Assembly (NCBI RefSeq): GCF_036321535.1
Contig: NC_087436.1
Coordinates: 58,282,001-58,346,000, forward strand
Reading direction: 5' to 3'
Length of the DNA stretch: 64,000 nucleotides
Source: Camelus dromedarius
Lineage: Eukaryota
Shown: positions 51,873 to 64,000 of the stretch, piece after piece
Layout of the letters: every line of letters begins with the position of its first letter
Position numbering within the stretch: position 1 is the first letter of the stretch
Notes under the pieces: generated by a model
What the model saw: only the letters and a program-made list of their open reading frames with translations
Told to the model about the DNA's origin: nothing
The model's database searches: none
Position numbers and translations under genes: made by a program

Positions 51873-53134
51873 GCCTCACTATCATAAGTCTGGTAATATA
51901 CAAGTATTGATTAACTTGAGTTGGATGATAACTGTTGAAAATACATTATACTAGTTATTCTGCTTCTTTTCAAGATTCCTTGATTTATTCTTCTTTCTTT
52001 CCCTCTCTCTCTCTCTCTTTCTTTCTTTTGGGTTAGAATAATTTGTCCAAAATAATTTTAAGTACAAAAAGTTAATTTTATTAGAAAATTCTCTTGGTAT
52101 ACAGTATATTCTCTTATCTTTCACATAATTATAGAGGCCTTGGTGTTTGCCTGAGTAGCCAAAAATGTTACTACTATCAGGGAAACATTTACTTACATGA
52201 AACAATATTTAATGATCATCTACTACATCCAAGGTACTTTGCACATATTATTTTAAAATGCTCACAACTGGGTGGGCACTTTTGGCATTTTAAAGAGGAA
52301 ATAATTAAAATACAGCAATAGGTGACAGAGAATTTATACTCGGGTACGTCTGAAAACCGCTTGTCACTTCTTCTCTTATCACATGACAAATGCAGTGCGG
52401 GAGACAGAGAGAGAGACAGAGTGTGAGAGTGAGGGAGAGAGACGGAATTAGAGTAAGACACATTTCAATGTAGAGAGTGCTGGGCCCAAGAAATTCTATA
52501 TATATAAGGAAAAGTCTCTGTCTTTCTATACAAACACTGTTATCTATGCTCATTACTACATTTTCCAAAAACAACGTCTGGGAAACATTTCCTCTCCCTT
52601 AGTCAATTGATTATATAAAATAAAGATGTGAGTTATACACTCAGAACACACCAGATAGAGATATATGGTCCCCTTGCCACTCTTACATGCAACACATAAA
52701 GAAAATTATTTTTAAACTAAACAAAATCTCAAATGATTAACTTGGTGGAATAACTCAAAAGAACCCTTAAAATCTAGAGAATAAATCAACATTCTCAATA
52801 CCAATCATTTCCCTAAACTAATCTAGTCTTAGATTATTCAAATATCATTCTTTTTTTCCCTTAGTCCACAAATATTTATGAAGTCTCTGGTCAGAATCAG
52901 GCACTCAGATTCTAGAAACAGAACAATAAGTCAGTGTCACTGTCTTTTATTTTTGTTCCCATTTCTCCACTAACAGAGAAATAGATTTAAAAAAAAGTAA
53001 GAGTGTTATAGGCTTAATATGAGTAAATTTTTGTTTGAAGCTATTTAGAAGGATGTAGTTGATTAACATATTCTGTAGGAGTAGTTTTTAATTAGTTATT
53101 ACTAGTTGTTACCATTAACATTATTACCAGTGTA

Positions 53135-53385
53135 ACAATTAAATACTGGGCACTGTACAAAGTTCTTGTCATATATTAGTTCATTTAATCTTTACAATAA
53201 CCTCATGATATATATATATTATATATATATATATTTATATATATAATGGTTTTCTCATTTTATAAGTGAAAAGACTGAGAGATTTAGAAATGTATATAAG
53301 ATCAACAGTACACAGCTATTAAGTGCAGAGCTGGAATTTCAAGCCAGGCTCACCTTCTCCAAAGCCCATTCTCCTCCACTAGGCT
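53135..53385. mobile_element. MIR SINE containing a (TA)n expansion at ~53208-53264
   Basis: 'tcatttaatctttacaataacctcatga(TA)n...ctcattttataagtgaaaagactgag...ctggaatttcaagccagg'. Confidence 0.75.
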
Positions 53386-56300
53386 ACAAGGACAGTAAGA
53401 GTTCTTTAAAGGCAGTTCCTTCATCATAGACTAAAGCTTCTCTAAAACCTTAATTGTTCACATTCCTCTAGGTTCCTTTAACGCTAGTATTTTCTAATCA
53501 CAAATATTTTATGCTCCTTCCTTTTGAACACTTTTTAATTTCTAATATCTTGTTCTTAAGTGGTCTTAAAATCTGGGTTTTGATTTGCAGGGGTAAGCTT
53601 TATCTCTACATGCCATTTTCATAGGCACTGTTAGACACAACAGAAACGTGTGTCTCCCTCAAATTTAGATTGTATTTAATTATGACCCTGTTATTTCTTC
53701 CAGGTGTCATTTGTTATTGAACCATCATATATACAATAGCTATTTTCACCTAGATTGCACTTCAAGGCAGTCATCCCTGCCAAACTTCACTTTATTCACT
53801 TAGGGTAAGCACAGCAACAGCAATTAAAATGGGGACAAAATACTTGGGGACTACTTAAGCAAACTTAACAGTTGTGGGTCAGTTGAAAACCCATCCACCT
53901 GAGAGTGCTAAAGAACTGGAAAGAGGAACTCTCCCAGCAATTAGTATTTTATAGATAAGTACTTGTGGGTGAGTAGTTGAATTTAGATGACTAGAAAAGG
54001 CTTTTTCCCAATCTTTAAAAGGCACACAAAAGACCATTTGGGAATTACAATCTAGTGACCTACCTACAATACCAAAAAAAAGTTCTATGATGATTCATTC
54101 ACAAAAATAATTTACAGTATACTCTATGTAGAATGGCAAGAACGAAGGAAGAGGAGGAAATAAATAGGAGGAAATACGTAACTGTCAAAAATGATATACA
54201 AGTCAATGTTTTATTTGATTGTGCTATGTAATTGAGGCAAGAAAATAGTACCTAGCTTTACTAAGAAGTTATTTTGTTTGGTTCTTAATATGGTATTTCC
54301 TAATATATCTACTGACAAACTTGTTTTAGTTTGTCAATGGAAATATTAACATCTCATATTATAAATAAAATATTTTTAATACAGAGTCAACCTTACCATT
54401 ATGGCTAAGTATCTGCAGTATTCAACTTTGTTGACTCTCATCTATAATGTACAATTCACTTCTAATTATCGACCAGTAACAACACAGTTATTGGATAGCT
54501 TGAGTACTTACATGTACTTTGTCTTAATAGTTGAAAATTCACATTAATGTTAGCATCCACTTTGCTTAAATATACCACTGCTGTACAAAATACCAATTAA
54601 CATCTAGCGGTTAAGCTTGAAGTCTACAGTGTGAAACTTATACAAAGCACTTACAGTTGTAGGCACAAAGTAAGGGTTCAAAAAATGTTAGGTCTTTATT
54701 ATGCATTAGACACTAACCCAAACCATTTAAACAATTTACCTCATTTAATCCTCACAACAACTTTATGAGATTACCTTTCTTTAACAGATGAGAAAATTTA
54801 AATCAACAAAGATTAGTTAGCTTCTGCAGAGTTAAATCTGGTAAACGCTAGAGGCATTTATACATGGTGAGATTTCTCAGTGCTATAGTTTTGTTCAAAT
54901 TCTTCCTTCCATCTAGAATGCACTTTCCTCTTGTTAACTAGCTAGGTCCTATGAATTTCAAATCAGGCCTCCCCGATTACCAGAAATATTCCTTATACCC
55001 CTAAATTCCCTCTAGGTTTGGTGAGTAGTCCCTGGTGGAGAATTCCATAGTATATGTCTTTCTAGTATTATTTTTGCCATACTGTGTAACAAACATATGT
55101 TCCTATAGCACTCTCTCTATAACCTATGGCTTCCTTACCGAAATGACTGCTCTTTTCAAAATTTGTGTCTAGTAGGTACTTAATTTTTAATAAATTAACG
55201 AATAAGTGAAAATGAAGAGAACTGAAAAACTGATCAACAGGAGAAAGGAGAGTTAGGTTTCAAAAGGCACTCAAGATACATTTTCCCTATGATTGAGACA
55301 ATGTTCAAAATATAAATTCCCTGTGTCCACTGCACCTCTAGGACAGCCTTAGTATATATGAAATATTATAGGTTTCTGGTACTAAAATGTTCAACATGGT
55401 TAAAGATGAGAATCTTGAGCAACAGGCAATATCAATAATTCTCAACCTATGGCATATACAAATGACATGAAGAGACATGGATGCACACATTTGGCTATTG
55501 CAATACACTGTTATCAATGGAGAGGGTATAAATTAGTGGGAACATGACAGACACGAGCTATTTCCTGAGACAGAGACTTTTCCTGAGTTTGTGAGGCTAA
55601 CTTCTAACTCAAGTAGTTCAGGTGGAATTTGTGAGTGGTTCAAAATTTTCCACATATCTTCTTTCACACCAAAAGACAAAATAACCACCAGTAACCACAG
55701 GCCCTGGCTTATAACCAACAGAGACCCTGTTGAAAAGTTAATTTTTTTCTTTGATTATCGTAATGCACGTACTAAGGAAATCAGTATTGTCATAAATATC
55801 TGTATCGTGTGTTTTGTATTTGATTATCCTTACTTAAATAGACTTGTAAAATTCTATATTTATTGATATAACATAGGTGTTTGTAGATCAGATCTAAAAG
55901 GCTTTTATTAAGATAAAAACAATAAAATGTTACGAATCTAAAATGGTAAAGCAGTAATATAATTGTGAGAATTTTCCAGGGCTTATGAAAGAAACAGACA
56001 ACCGAATTGAGACTTTATTGTTTTAAACAAATGGATAAACATGAGGCTTCTTAACAAACTGTGTCTTCAAAACTAACATAGATGATAACAGTCAGGACTG
56101 ATTTTGTGCTTGTGTTATCTATTTGTGAAACAGCAACAAAAAGTTATTCTCAAAAACAAAAGAAGTTAACCAATGAAAGCATGTCTGCATAATAAAGTAG
56201 TGGCTACTGATAAAGCTTCTCTTTAAGGAATACCTGCTTTTTAATGATCATTTACTCTGCCCCAACTATTATGCAAATTTATCTCATTTAATCACATATT

Positions 56301-57463
56301 AACAGTTGAGACTTGGGTTAGAAGAAGCAAGTCAAATAGGTGATCCCTGCTATTTAAGTGGCAGATACAAGACTAACAGGTCTGTCTATTCCCAAAACTG
56401 AACTTTTAAACTGCCCAGCTATGTTCACTAGGAGCACATAATGGGATATTTAAAATTAATACCATTAGAGGGGTAACAGTTTATTTCACATGCCAATAAG
56501 GAATAAATCCAAGTGGCCAGTCACATTCAGCCACTAACCAAGCCTCCAATAAGCTAAATACCTTAGAGCAAAGAATACACAGAAACTGGTTTCAATAGCT
56601 TGGCAAGATTAATGTAGCTGAATACTCCATTTTTCAGATAGAACATTTTGGAATGTTTAATAACCATGAAATTACTGAAAGCGTTTTTAGCTTTTTTTTA
56701 TTTATAAAGTGTTCTGGGTATATAATAGTAAGATAGTCATAGAAAAAATGTAGTCAATTTTACTAAGACAAAATAGCTGAACAGCTGGTTGAGAAGAGAA
56801 AAATACCAGGGTCCCAATGAACCAAAAAAAAAGGTATTTCTAGCACTGAATGAGCAATTTTATTATAATAAGTTTTCCCACACTTTCTGCACAACTTTCA
56901 TTCATGCAATTTTGTGTTGAGTCCATATTCACTTTAAATCTTTTAATAGCTACACATGGAGCATAATAAATATAAGGAACACTTCTTTTATCATAATACT
57001 TTATTAACTTCTAGATTATCACATACTACTTCTTCAGAGACATTTTATTAATGTATTCATGTTCTTATTTTAAACATAATATGTTTATGAAATCTTTCAA
57101 AATATCTTTGGATTTCTGCTTTTTCCATTGTCCTTATTTATTTAAGGAAAAGGTTAGTTTCTAGTTAAGCAATACTAAAATATGATGACTATTTTTATCA
57201 ACTATGAAATATGGGTTAGATTAGAAGCACACAGAGAAAGAGCACATAAATAGAATGAAGTTAGTGTCATTTAAATCTTGAAAAATGAACTCCAATCATA
57301 TTATGATCTAGTGGGTTATTTATAGTGACAACGCAGTGACTATAGCAGGTAACATAATTATCCCCATTTTAGGGAGGACAAAATGAGGCAAACAAAGTTA
57401 AAACAGATTTTACAATAAATTCCTTTTCTATTCAAATCAAAATAAGTGCTTCAGTGGGCTTAC

Positions 57464-57477
57464 CTTCTTTGCCAATT
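57464..57477 (-). other. Candidate 14-nt microexon
   Basis: tatttacatttttatag|AATTGGCAAAGAAG|gtaagc. Confidence 0.3.
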
Positions 57478-58524
57478 CTATAAAAATGTAAATAATACGT
57501 GCTTATGAACAGAAATGAAACCACTGCTAAAATCAGACCACGAACTTCATTTATTTTGGCCCCGTCACCCTGCCTGTCATATGTGCCAAGTCAAGCACAG
57601 CAGGCGGCATCCAGATGGATAGACACAAAAAGAAGCAGTCATTCAGCTGTATTATTGTTCTGCACATTAGCTCCGACTTCAGTCAACTAGTGTTTTACTG
57701 TCCCTTTCTTTACACAGTAGCTCTTTTCAGAAAGGGTTGATTTATTTAACTGGTGCTGAACAACTCATTAACGCAAATTAAAACGGTAGGAAAAGAACAT
57801 CAGTTACCTTAATGTTCACTTTTCCTAATTTTATTTTCACTCTATACTTCTCTCATGCTTTCTCAGTCCAAATATTTAACTCATTGCTGATACACCTCAT
57901 TGAATGTCTTGTTTCAAAGGGTGAAACCTGATCTCATCATTCTCCAATCTAACCTGTTTCTGACTTCTCTATTTCAGTTAAGAGTGTACTGTTTTCCCCA
58001 GACATTTAGACTCAAAACTTCCATCAAGTCATGTTTGGTCTTTTGCCTTGCCTTACCAGATCCTGAGGATAGCCCTACTGATTTTTCTATCAAAATATTC
58101 TCACATATGCCCTTCTATCTCACTGCAACCACTGTAACTTAGGCTGTTACTACTATTAAAAAGAAAAAAAAAAAAGAAACTCCTATCTAATATTTGGGTC
58201 TTGATGTTTTTGGTCATGCAGGTTACCTAATTTTCTTTGGTACTGAACATTTAAAATTTAAACTCCATAGTTTGTTGTCCAGTGCCTTCTATAGTTAAAA
58301 CCAAGAGTATATTCCTGACGTAACCCCATCCAATTGCCTATACACACCCTCAGCTTATATCAGTGGTGTTAGTTCTTCAAGGTGAATCCCTTGTATTTTC
58401 ACATCAGAGTTTTGCTTAGATGAAGGTACCACAAGGAATGTATTTTTATTCATCTCCTTTGTTCTGTAAGGAGTTTTGCTAACCCTACCTTTTCCCAAAA
58501 GCCTTCCCTGTCCACTAAGACATG

Positions 58525-58748
58525 AAACATTGTATTAAATATAATTGAAATTTGCTAAAAGAGTAGAACTTAAATGTTCTGACACAAAAACACACACACA
58601 GAATATACGTATGTTAAATGATGGATTAACTAGATGGGGGAATAATTTCACAATGTATATGTATATTGAATCATCACAATGTACAATTTATATATCTAAC
58701 AATTTTGTCAATTATACCTCAGTAAAGTTGAACTTAAAAAAAAAAAAA
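58525..58748 (+). mobile_element. Short L1 3' UTR end with polyA tail
   Basis: 'ttgaaatttgctaaaagagtagaacttaaatgttct...ttgtcaattatacctcagtaaagttgaactt' followed by 13 A. Confidence 0.85.
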
Positions 58749-59330
58749 GGTCAGTATGGAATCCTCTGTCGCCATTAAAATTTTTTATGTGCGGTACCAT
58801 CAGGCCCTCATCTTCTCTACTTCATCTGTAGTTGCAGATACAATCTCTTTCCCCCTTCCTCCTCCGCCCACACGACTGGCTGCTTTCTTCTAGTTATCCG
58901 GGTTTCTGTTAGAAAGCATCAGTGAGGTGTGGACCAACCACCATATCTAGAGAAGTCAGTCACATCACATCACCTGTTTCATTTTCTAACACTTAAGAAT
59001 AGTGATGTTCAGCAGATGGGGAAACTGAGACTAGACAATGCAAGGGATTTGTCCCTAGTTGTTCAGTTTCTGGGCAGCAAAGAGAAGGCCTGAGACGCAG
59101 ACAGTGGGGCTTAAAGGGGTCTGGAGGTAAACTTAGCATATACTGAACTATGTCTTACAGCAGTCCCAGCCCCTCCCTTTGAAAAGCCAAGAGAGCAGTC
59201 ATTTTGGCTTTTACCATTTTAAAGACTTCAAAGTTGCCCTTCTTTTCTCTGTCCTTCACTTCTCAACAAAACCTGTCTGGCAGAGTGATGGGACAAGTAT
59301 GGGAAGGGCTAGGGAGCACCTGGCCACATG

Positions 59331-59522
59331 TAGGATTGCCGGATTTAGCAAATAAAAATGCAGAGGCACAGCCAGCTTTGAATTTCAGATAAACAATAAA
59401 TAATTTTTTAAGAATAACTATCTCCCATACAATACTGGGGACACATTTATGCTTAAATACTCTATGTGTTTCACCTGAAATTCAACTTTAGCTGGACGTC
59501 TTGCATTTTACCTGGCACCCGG
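59331..59522. mobile_element. MER53 palindromic non-autonomous DNA transposon
   Basis: taggattgccggatttagcaaataaaaat...gaatttcagataaac / gtttcacctgaaattc...cattttacctggcaccc. Inverted arms match the MER53 consensus as I recall it. Confidence 0.85.
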
Positions 59523-59789
59523 AGCCAGATGGCTGCTCTACAGCTACATGTGTCCTATGAATAATGGCTTAAGCCTCTTACGATTATGCATGAAAAAGAA
59601 AACAGTAACATCACTTTCCTTCTGCTGTTTTATTTACTTCAGTGAGTTTCTGTTATTATTTGACAATAAAAACAACATAAATATTCAAAAATGAACATGT
59701 ATTTTACGTTGGAAAGTGACATATTTATCTTTATCAGCTCAGTTCCTGTAATTTTCTGTGAATTAACAATACTTACTATCTAGCACCAA

Positions 59790-60216
59790 AGGAACTGGAT
59801 TATAGGGTGCCCACATATCTGGTTAGTCATTATTTCTGGATGTGTCTGCGAGGGTGTTTCTAGAAGAAATTAGCATTTGAATCTATAGACTGAGCAAAGC
59901 AGTTTGCTCTCCCCAGTGCGAGCGGGCATCACCCAATTTGCTGTGAGCCTGAATAGAACAAAAAGGTGGAGAAAGGGAGGATTAACTAACTGGCTGGCTG
60001 GTTGAGATGGGACCTTTTCCTGCCCTCTGTGCTCCTGGTTCTCAGGATTTCACACTCAGACTGGAATCTACACCATCAGCTCTCTGGCTCCCGGAACTCT
60101 GAACTACACCACTGATTTTCTTGGCTCTCTGGCTTAACATAAGGCAGATTGTGGAACTCCTCAGCTTTCATAATTGCATGAGCAAATACCTTATAATAAA
60201 TTTATACACAGAACAG

Positions 60217-60249
<33 letters not shown>

Positions 60250-60291
60250 ATTTGTATTATTGGTTCTGTTTGTCTGGAGAACTCTAATACA
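59790..60291 (+). mobile_element. MLT2 (ERVL) LTR with an internal (TG)n at ~60217-60249
   Basis: 'atttctggatgtgtctgcgagggtgtttctagaagaaattagcatttgaatc...tattggttctgtttgtctggagaactctaataca'. Confidence 0.85.
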
Positions 60292-63079
60292 GTTAAGTAA
60301 TAAGTCTTAGAATTAATATCAGCAATTGTATTAATAAGTGAAACAGAATTATCTGAATTAGGCTAGGAAGCTAGCCTACCATATCTGAATCTGCATCTAT
60401 GAAAGATACACATTTCAAATTTAAAACAACCAAACTACAATTAAACTATAACATACACTAAACCATTTGAAAAGCAAGGTCCATCAGACTTACAATGCCA
60501 TAATTTCATATATTTTATTTGATTAGTATTCATTTTTAATCAATGTATTAACTTTTTAAAAATAAAATAATTGAACAACAGATTTTGCTCAGTTTATCCA
60601 AAGGGAAATGTCCTCACTTTTATATATAATGTCAACATATCAAAAAGTTTGAGGAAAATGGATGACTATTTCATTATTTCATATTATCACAGAGTCAACA
60701 CATAACACAAAACCATCTTTGAAGACTATCAATAAATATAAACAAAGGGTTTTGAAAATGTAGTAAAACAGCAATGACTAAGACATCTGTTCTTCTGTGT
60801 AAGAAATAGGATATTAATACTACGCCAATTCCTCTAATGTAATATTTTATATAAAAGAAAAATAACTTACTGCCATTGATTGTTTTCAAAGAATATAAAA
60901 AAAAAGATTATGTACCAAAAGTCATAAATACAGTATGTAAAACAACAACAACAAAAACACACAGCAACTGAATTTTACCCAAATCTAAGAGATTTTCATT
61001 CATTCTTCAGACATCACTTTATCTCTTACTTTTTTCCTCATTGTGACCCACTAAATTTCCCATAATTAGCACAATTAAGTCTAATTTTAGAACTCTTAAA
61101 AGTTGTTTTTGGAAATTTGTAAGCACTGTATAAATTAATCAGATAAACTATTAATTTCATTTTTATTCTAGTGAGGAAGTTGTATATTTTTACAGAGTGG
61201 TTACTTTTCTTATGTTTTATCGTAACTTTCTATTGTTTTTGTTTTACTTTTATTGCAGGAAAAAAGAATAACAAGCAAAATAATAATGAAAAAACTAAGG
61301 AAAATTATATTCCCTGGGTTTTATTTGTTAAAAATATCTGAAGTATGAGACTGAGATGCAAAGTATCAATGCATTTATTCAGCTAAATTAAGCATTAGAT
61401 CTGGTTATTTGATAAAGTGTAGATTAAACATTAGGTGATTAACTGAATTTCTGACACTTGAGAGAATCTGCTGAATTTCTGGTATCATAGAAATAAAACT
61501 GAAGAATCTCACTTCTAAAGTAAGAAAACAGTCAGTCAAAATAAGATATGCACAATTTTCACATATTTTGGTAACCACTTGAATTTAGGAACAGAATTGT
61601 ACCAGTTCAAAGCAAGATGCCAGCTTGTACTTATGTCTTCATTTTTGAGGAAAAAACATAAATAATATACAAAAATGCAAAAAAATAGAATACAATGAAA
61701 ATAATTCTCAAACCACCGTTTAAGATTTTTAAAAACAAGTACTGCACTTATAAAACAAATACTGTTGATCTACACTAAGGCAAAAATTACAGTATTAAGA
61801 GCAGAGACTCTAGAGCCAGGCTGCTGGTCCAGTTCTGCAATGTTCAGTTGTGTGACACTGAGCAAAAGGAGGTGAGACAAGCCTCTGTCTCCCTGCTGGC
61901 TCTGGTGGTTGTGGCCATGACAACTTTCTCCCTTCTTCCTTTGGAGGCTTGGTAGAGAGTAGGCTCAGGAGAACTGCTAGCTCACTGAAAGAACTCTAAG
62001 CTCCTGGCTAATGCTGGTAGCACTGGTTTGCCTTCTTCCCCAGTTTAGCTTCCTGTCACCTTTTTTCTAAAAACTCCATTTCCATAAGCACAAAGATTCC
62101 AACCAGGTGTTTCCAGCTTCTTTTCCACCTCATGAAAAAAACGTAAAGTGGCCATTCTTGAGACCAGCTTGTCCAGTTTGGTATTTCATGCTTACCCTTT
62201 GCATATATATGTACCACTGTTCATAGGTTGCTACTTACTGTTTGAAAGTATGGAAAGACTGTATTGACTCACTCCATCAAAAATTCTTATTAATACTTTA
62301 CAGCAATTTTTAAATTCACATTTTAAGAACTTTATCATATTCTTTGTCAATCCCTTTTCCATAACTCAAAAATACCAAATTATGGAAAAAAGGAAAGTTC
62401 TGTCACTTGCTGAGAAATGAGTATCTTACAAAATGAAGACCCTAAACTTTTATTCTTAAGGAAAAACTGTTTTGCTTCTTTCGTATTTCCTTTACTTGAA
62501 TATTTTTCCAGGCTAACCAATTTACTTGTTTTATTGGGTTCTCAACTCTGTTAATTCTCAATCACTTTTGCTTGTTGTTCTTACATGTTTTTTTCAGCAA
62601 AAGTGTTCAATTCACCCCGCATTTGTATGTTGTCCTTCTGTTGTGCATGTATTCTTAGTCACTGCATCATCTTTACCCAACCCAAATCTTTAATCTCTCC
62701 AGAGGACAGTCCTCACCAGATGCTTCAATACCCTTACCTACTACCCCTTATTCCTTGATTCCTGAATTCTGGTTTCCATCACTAGTTCCTATTAAAAATG
62801 TTTTCTTATGGGTTAGTAATGTTGTTACAACTTGTAACATCATGCATTTCCTATATTTTATTTTAACCTATATTATACAACTGTTTTACTCTTCACAGTA
62901 CTTTAACCTAGTAAGCATTTAGTAGCTGTTATTTAAGTTGAATTAATCGAAAGAAAAAAAATACGTCAAGTATCATACTCTGTTTCATTGAGCATAAGCC
63001 TGTTAGAATCCAACTAGACCTAGCTACAAGTCCTCAGTTTTAAATGAAATTTAACTCAGCTTTTAACTTTATGTCCCTA

Positions 63080-63200
63080 ATGACTGTGAGGCCCAGTTTT
63101 CTAAAACGTAAAATGGGGATATAACCATTTCCTCTTCATCTCACAGGACTGTGATAAAGATTAGATGAAAGAGTGAATGGTATCATATGTGGCAATGTGC
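63080..63200. mobile_element. MIR SINE core
   Basis: 'cccagttttctaaaacgtaaaatggggatataacc...tcacaggactgtgataaagattagatga'. Confidence 0.65.
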
Positions 63201-64000
63201 AACACAATTACAAGTTACTACCCAGGAAAACATTTTTATTAAAATTTATTTTCAACACATAAAATTAAAATAAACTTATTTTCCAAAAAATGGAAAATTA
63301 AAAAAACAGAAATAAAGTGAGCAAATCAACGGCATATGTATATGAAAGCCTATATCTACAGAGATTTTTAAATCAGAAGTCATTACACTTAGATTTGGGG
63401 GAAGACGGTTAACCTCAAATATTCTTTAAAGCGTAACTATGGAATATCATACCACAGAACTTGTATAAATTTTACTTTAAGTTGATTTATAAAATCAAGA
63501 AACATAGAACTGTGAATCAGGAAAGGTCACTGAAAGCAATTGTTTGAAATTCTCTACATTTACAGCTGTGATCACTGTTACCTGAAAGTTGTTTCTATTT
63601 TCAAGCCAAATGAAAAACAACATGAGAGAGAAGGAGCAAAGTTTTAGATTTAGAAACAGAGGAGATAACCTTTCTATAAACTTCACATGTAATACATCCT
63701 GTATATTTCTATACATTCTACATTTCTATATGTTACACAATCTAGTCCTAAAATGTCAAAATTTTCATCTTCCCAACTGTTCCTCTAGACACTTTCTCTC
63801 AAATGCTACTGTGATTATATTATCAGTGCACACCCAATACTGGTTTAAAACTGTAATAACATTTCGAAAATATAAATTAACATGTGTTGAAAAAGAAGGC
63901 CAAAGAAGCATGAAGAAAGTTATATTCTTTTGAATTATTAAGTAGGAGATTTTACTTAAGAGAATGTTATTGTGGAAAAATGATGCTGATGGATTGATAA

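Noticed and set aside
1..64000. Assignment of a host gene symbol
   Set aside because: None of the candidate exon peptides matched a protein I can recognise, and they cannot be chained into a supported CDS without expression or alignment data.

Overview
AT-rich mammalian genomic DNA (intronic or intergenic), not prokaryotic. The 3' UTRs of the young L1s resemble cetartiodactyl, possibly camelid, L1s; this is recognition from memory, not a search result. No host protein-coding gene could be recognised. The window is dominated by interspersed repeats: old L2, MIR and MaLR/ERVL relics, two ERV1-type solo LTRs, a MER53 palindrome, a heavily deleted ERV1 remnant and several L1s. Notable structures: (1) a 3-kb plus-strand L1 derivative with a complete CpG-rich 5' UTR and an intact 299-aa ORF1 but almost no ORF2 (half-L1-like or spliced), possibly with a short 3' transduction; (2) a twin-primed, 5'-inverted L1 with a 12-bp TSD that carries a nested ~85-bp L1 tail with its own TSD; (3) a 5'-truncated ERV1 whose LTR ends in an A-rich tail, suggesting L1-mediated retroposition; (4) a tandem duplication joined to a 60-bp copy of sequence 1.6 kb away; (5) several minus-strand exon-like or microexon-like segments in non-repetitive DNA, which may belong to an unidentified large gene or lncRNA. 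I found no convincing new biological system.
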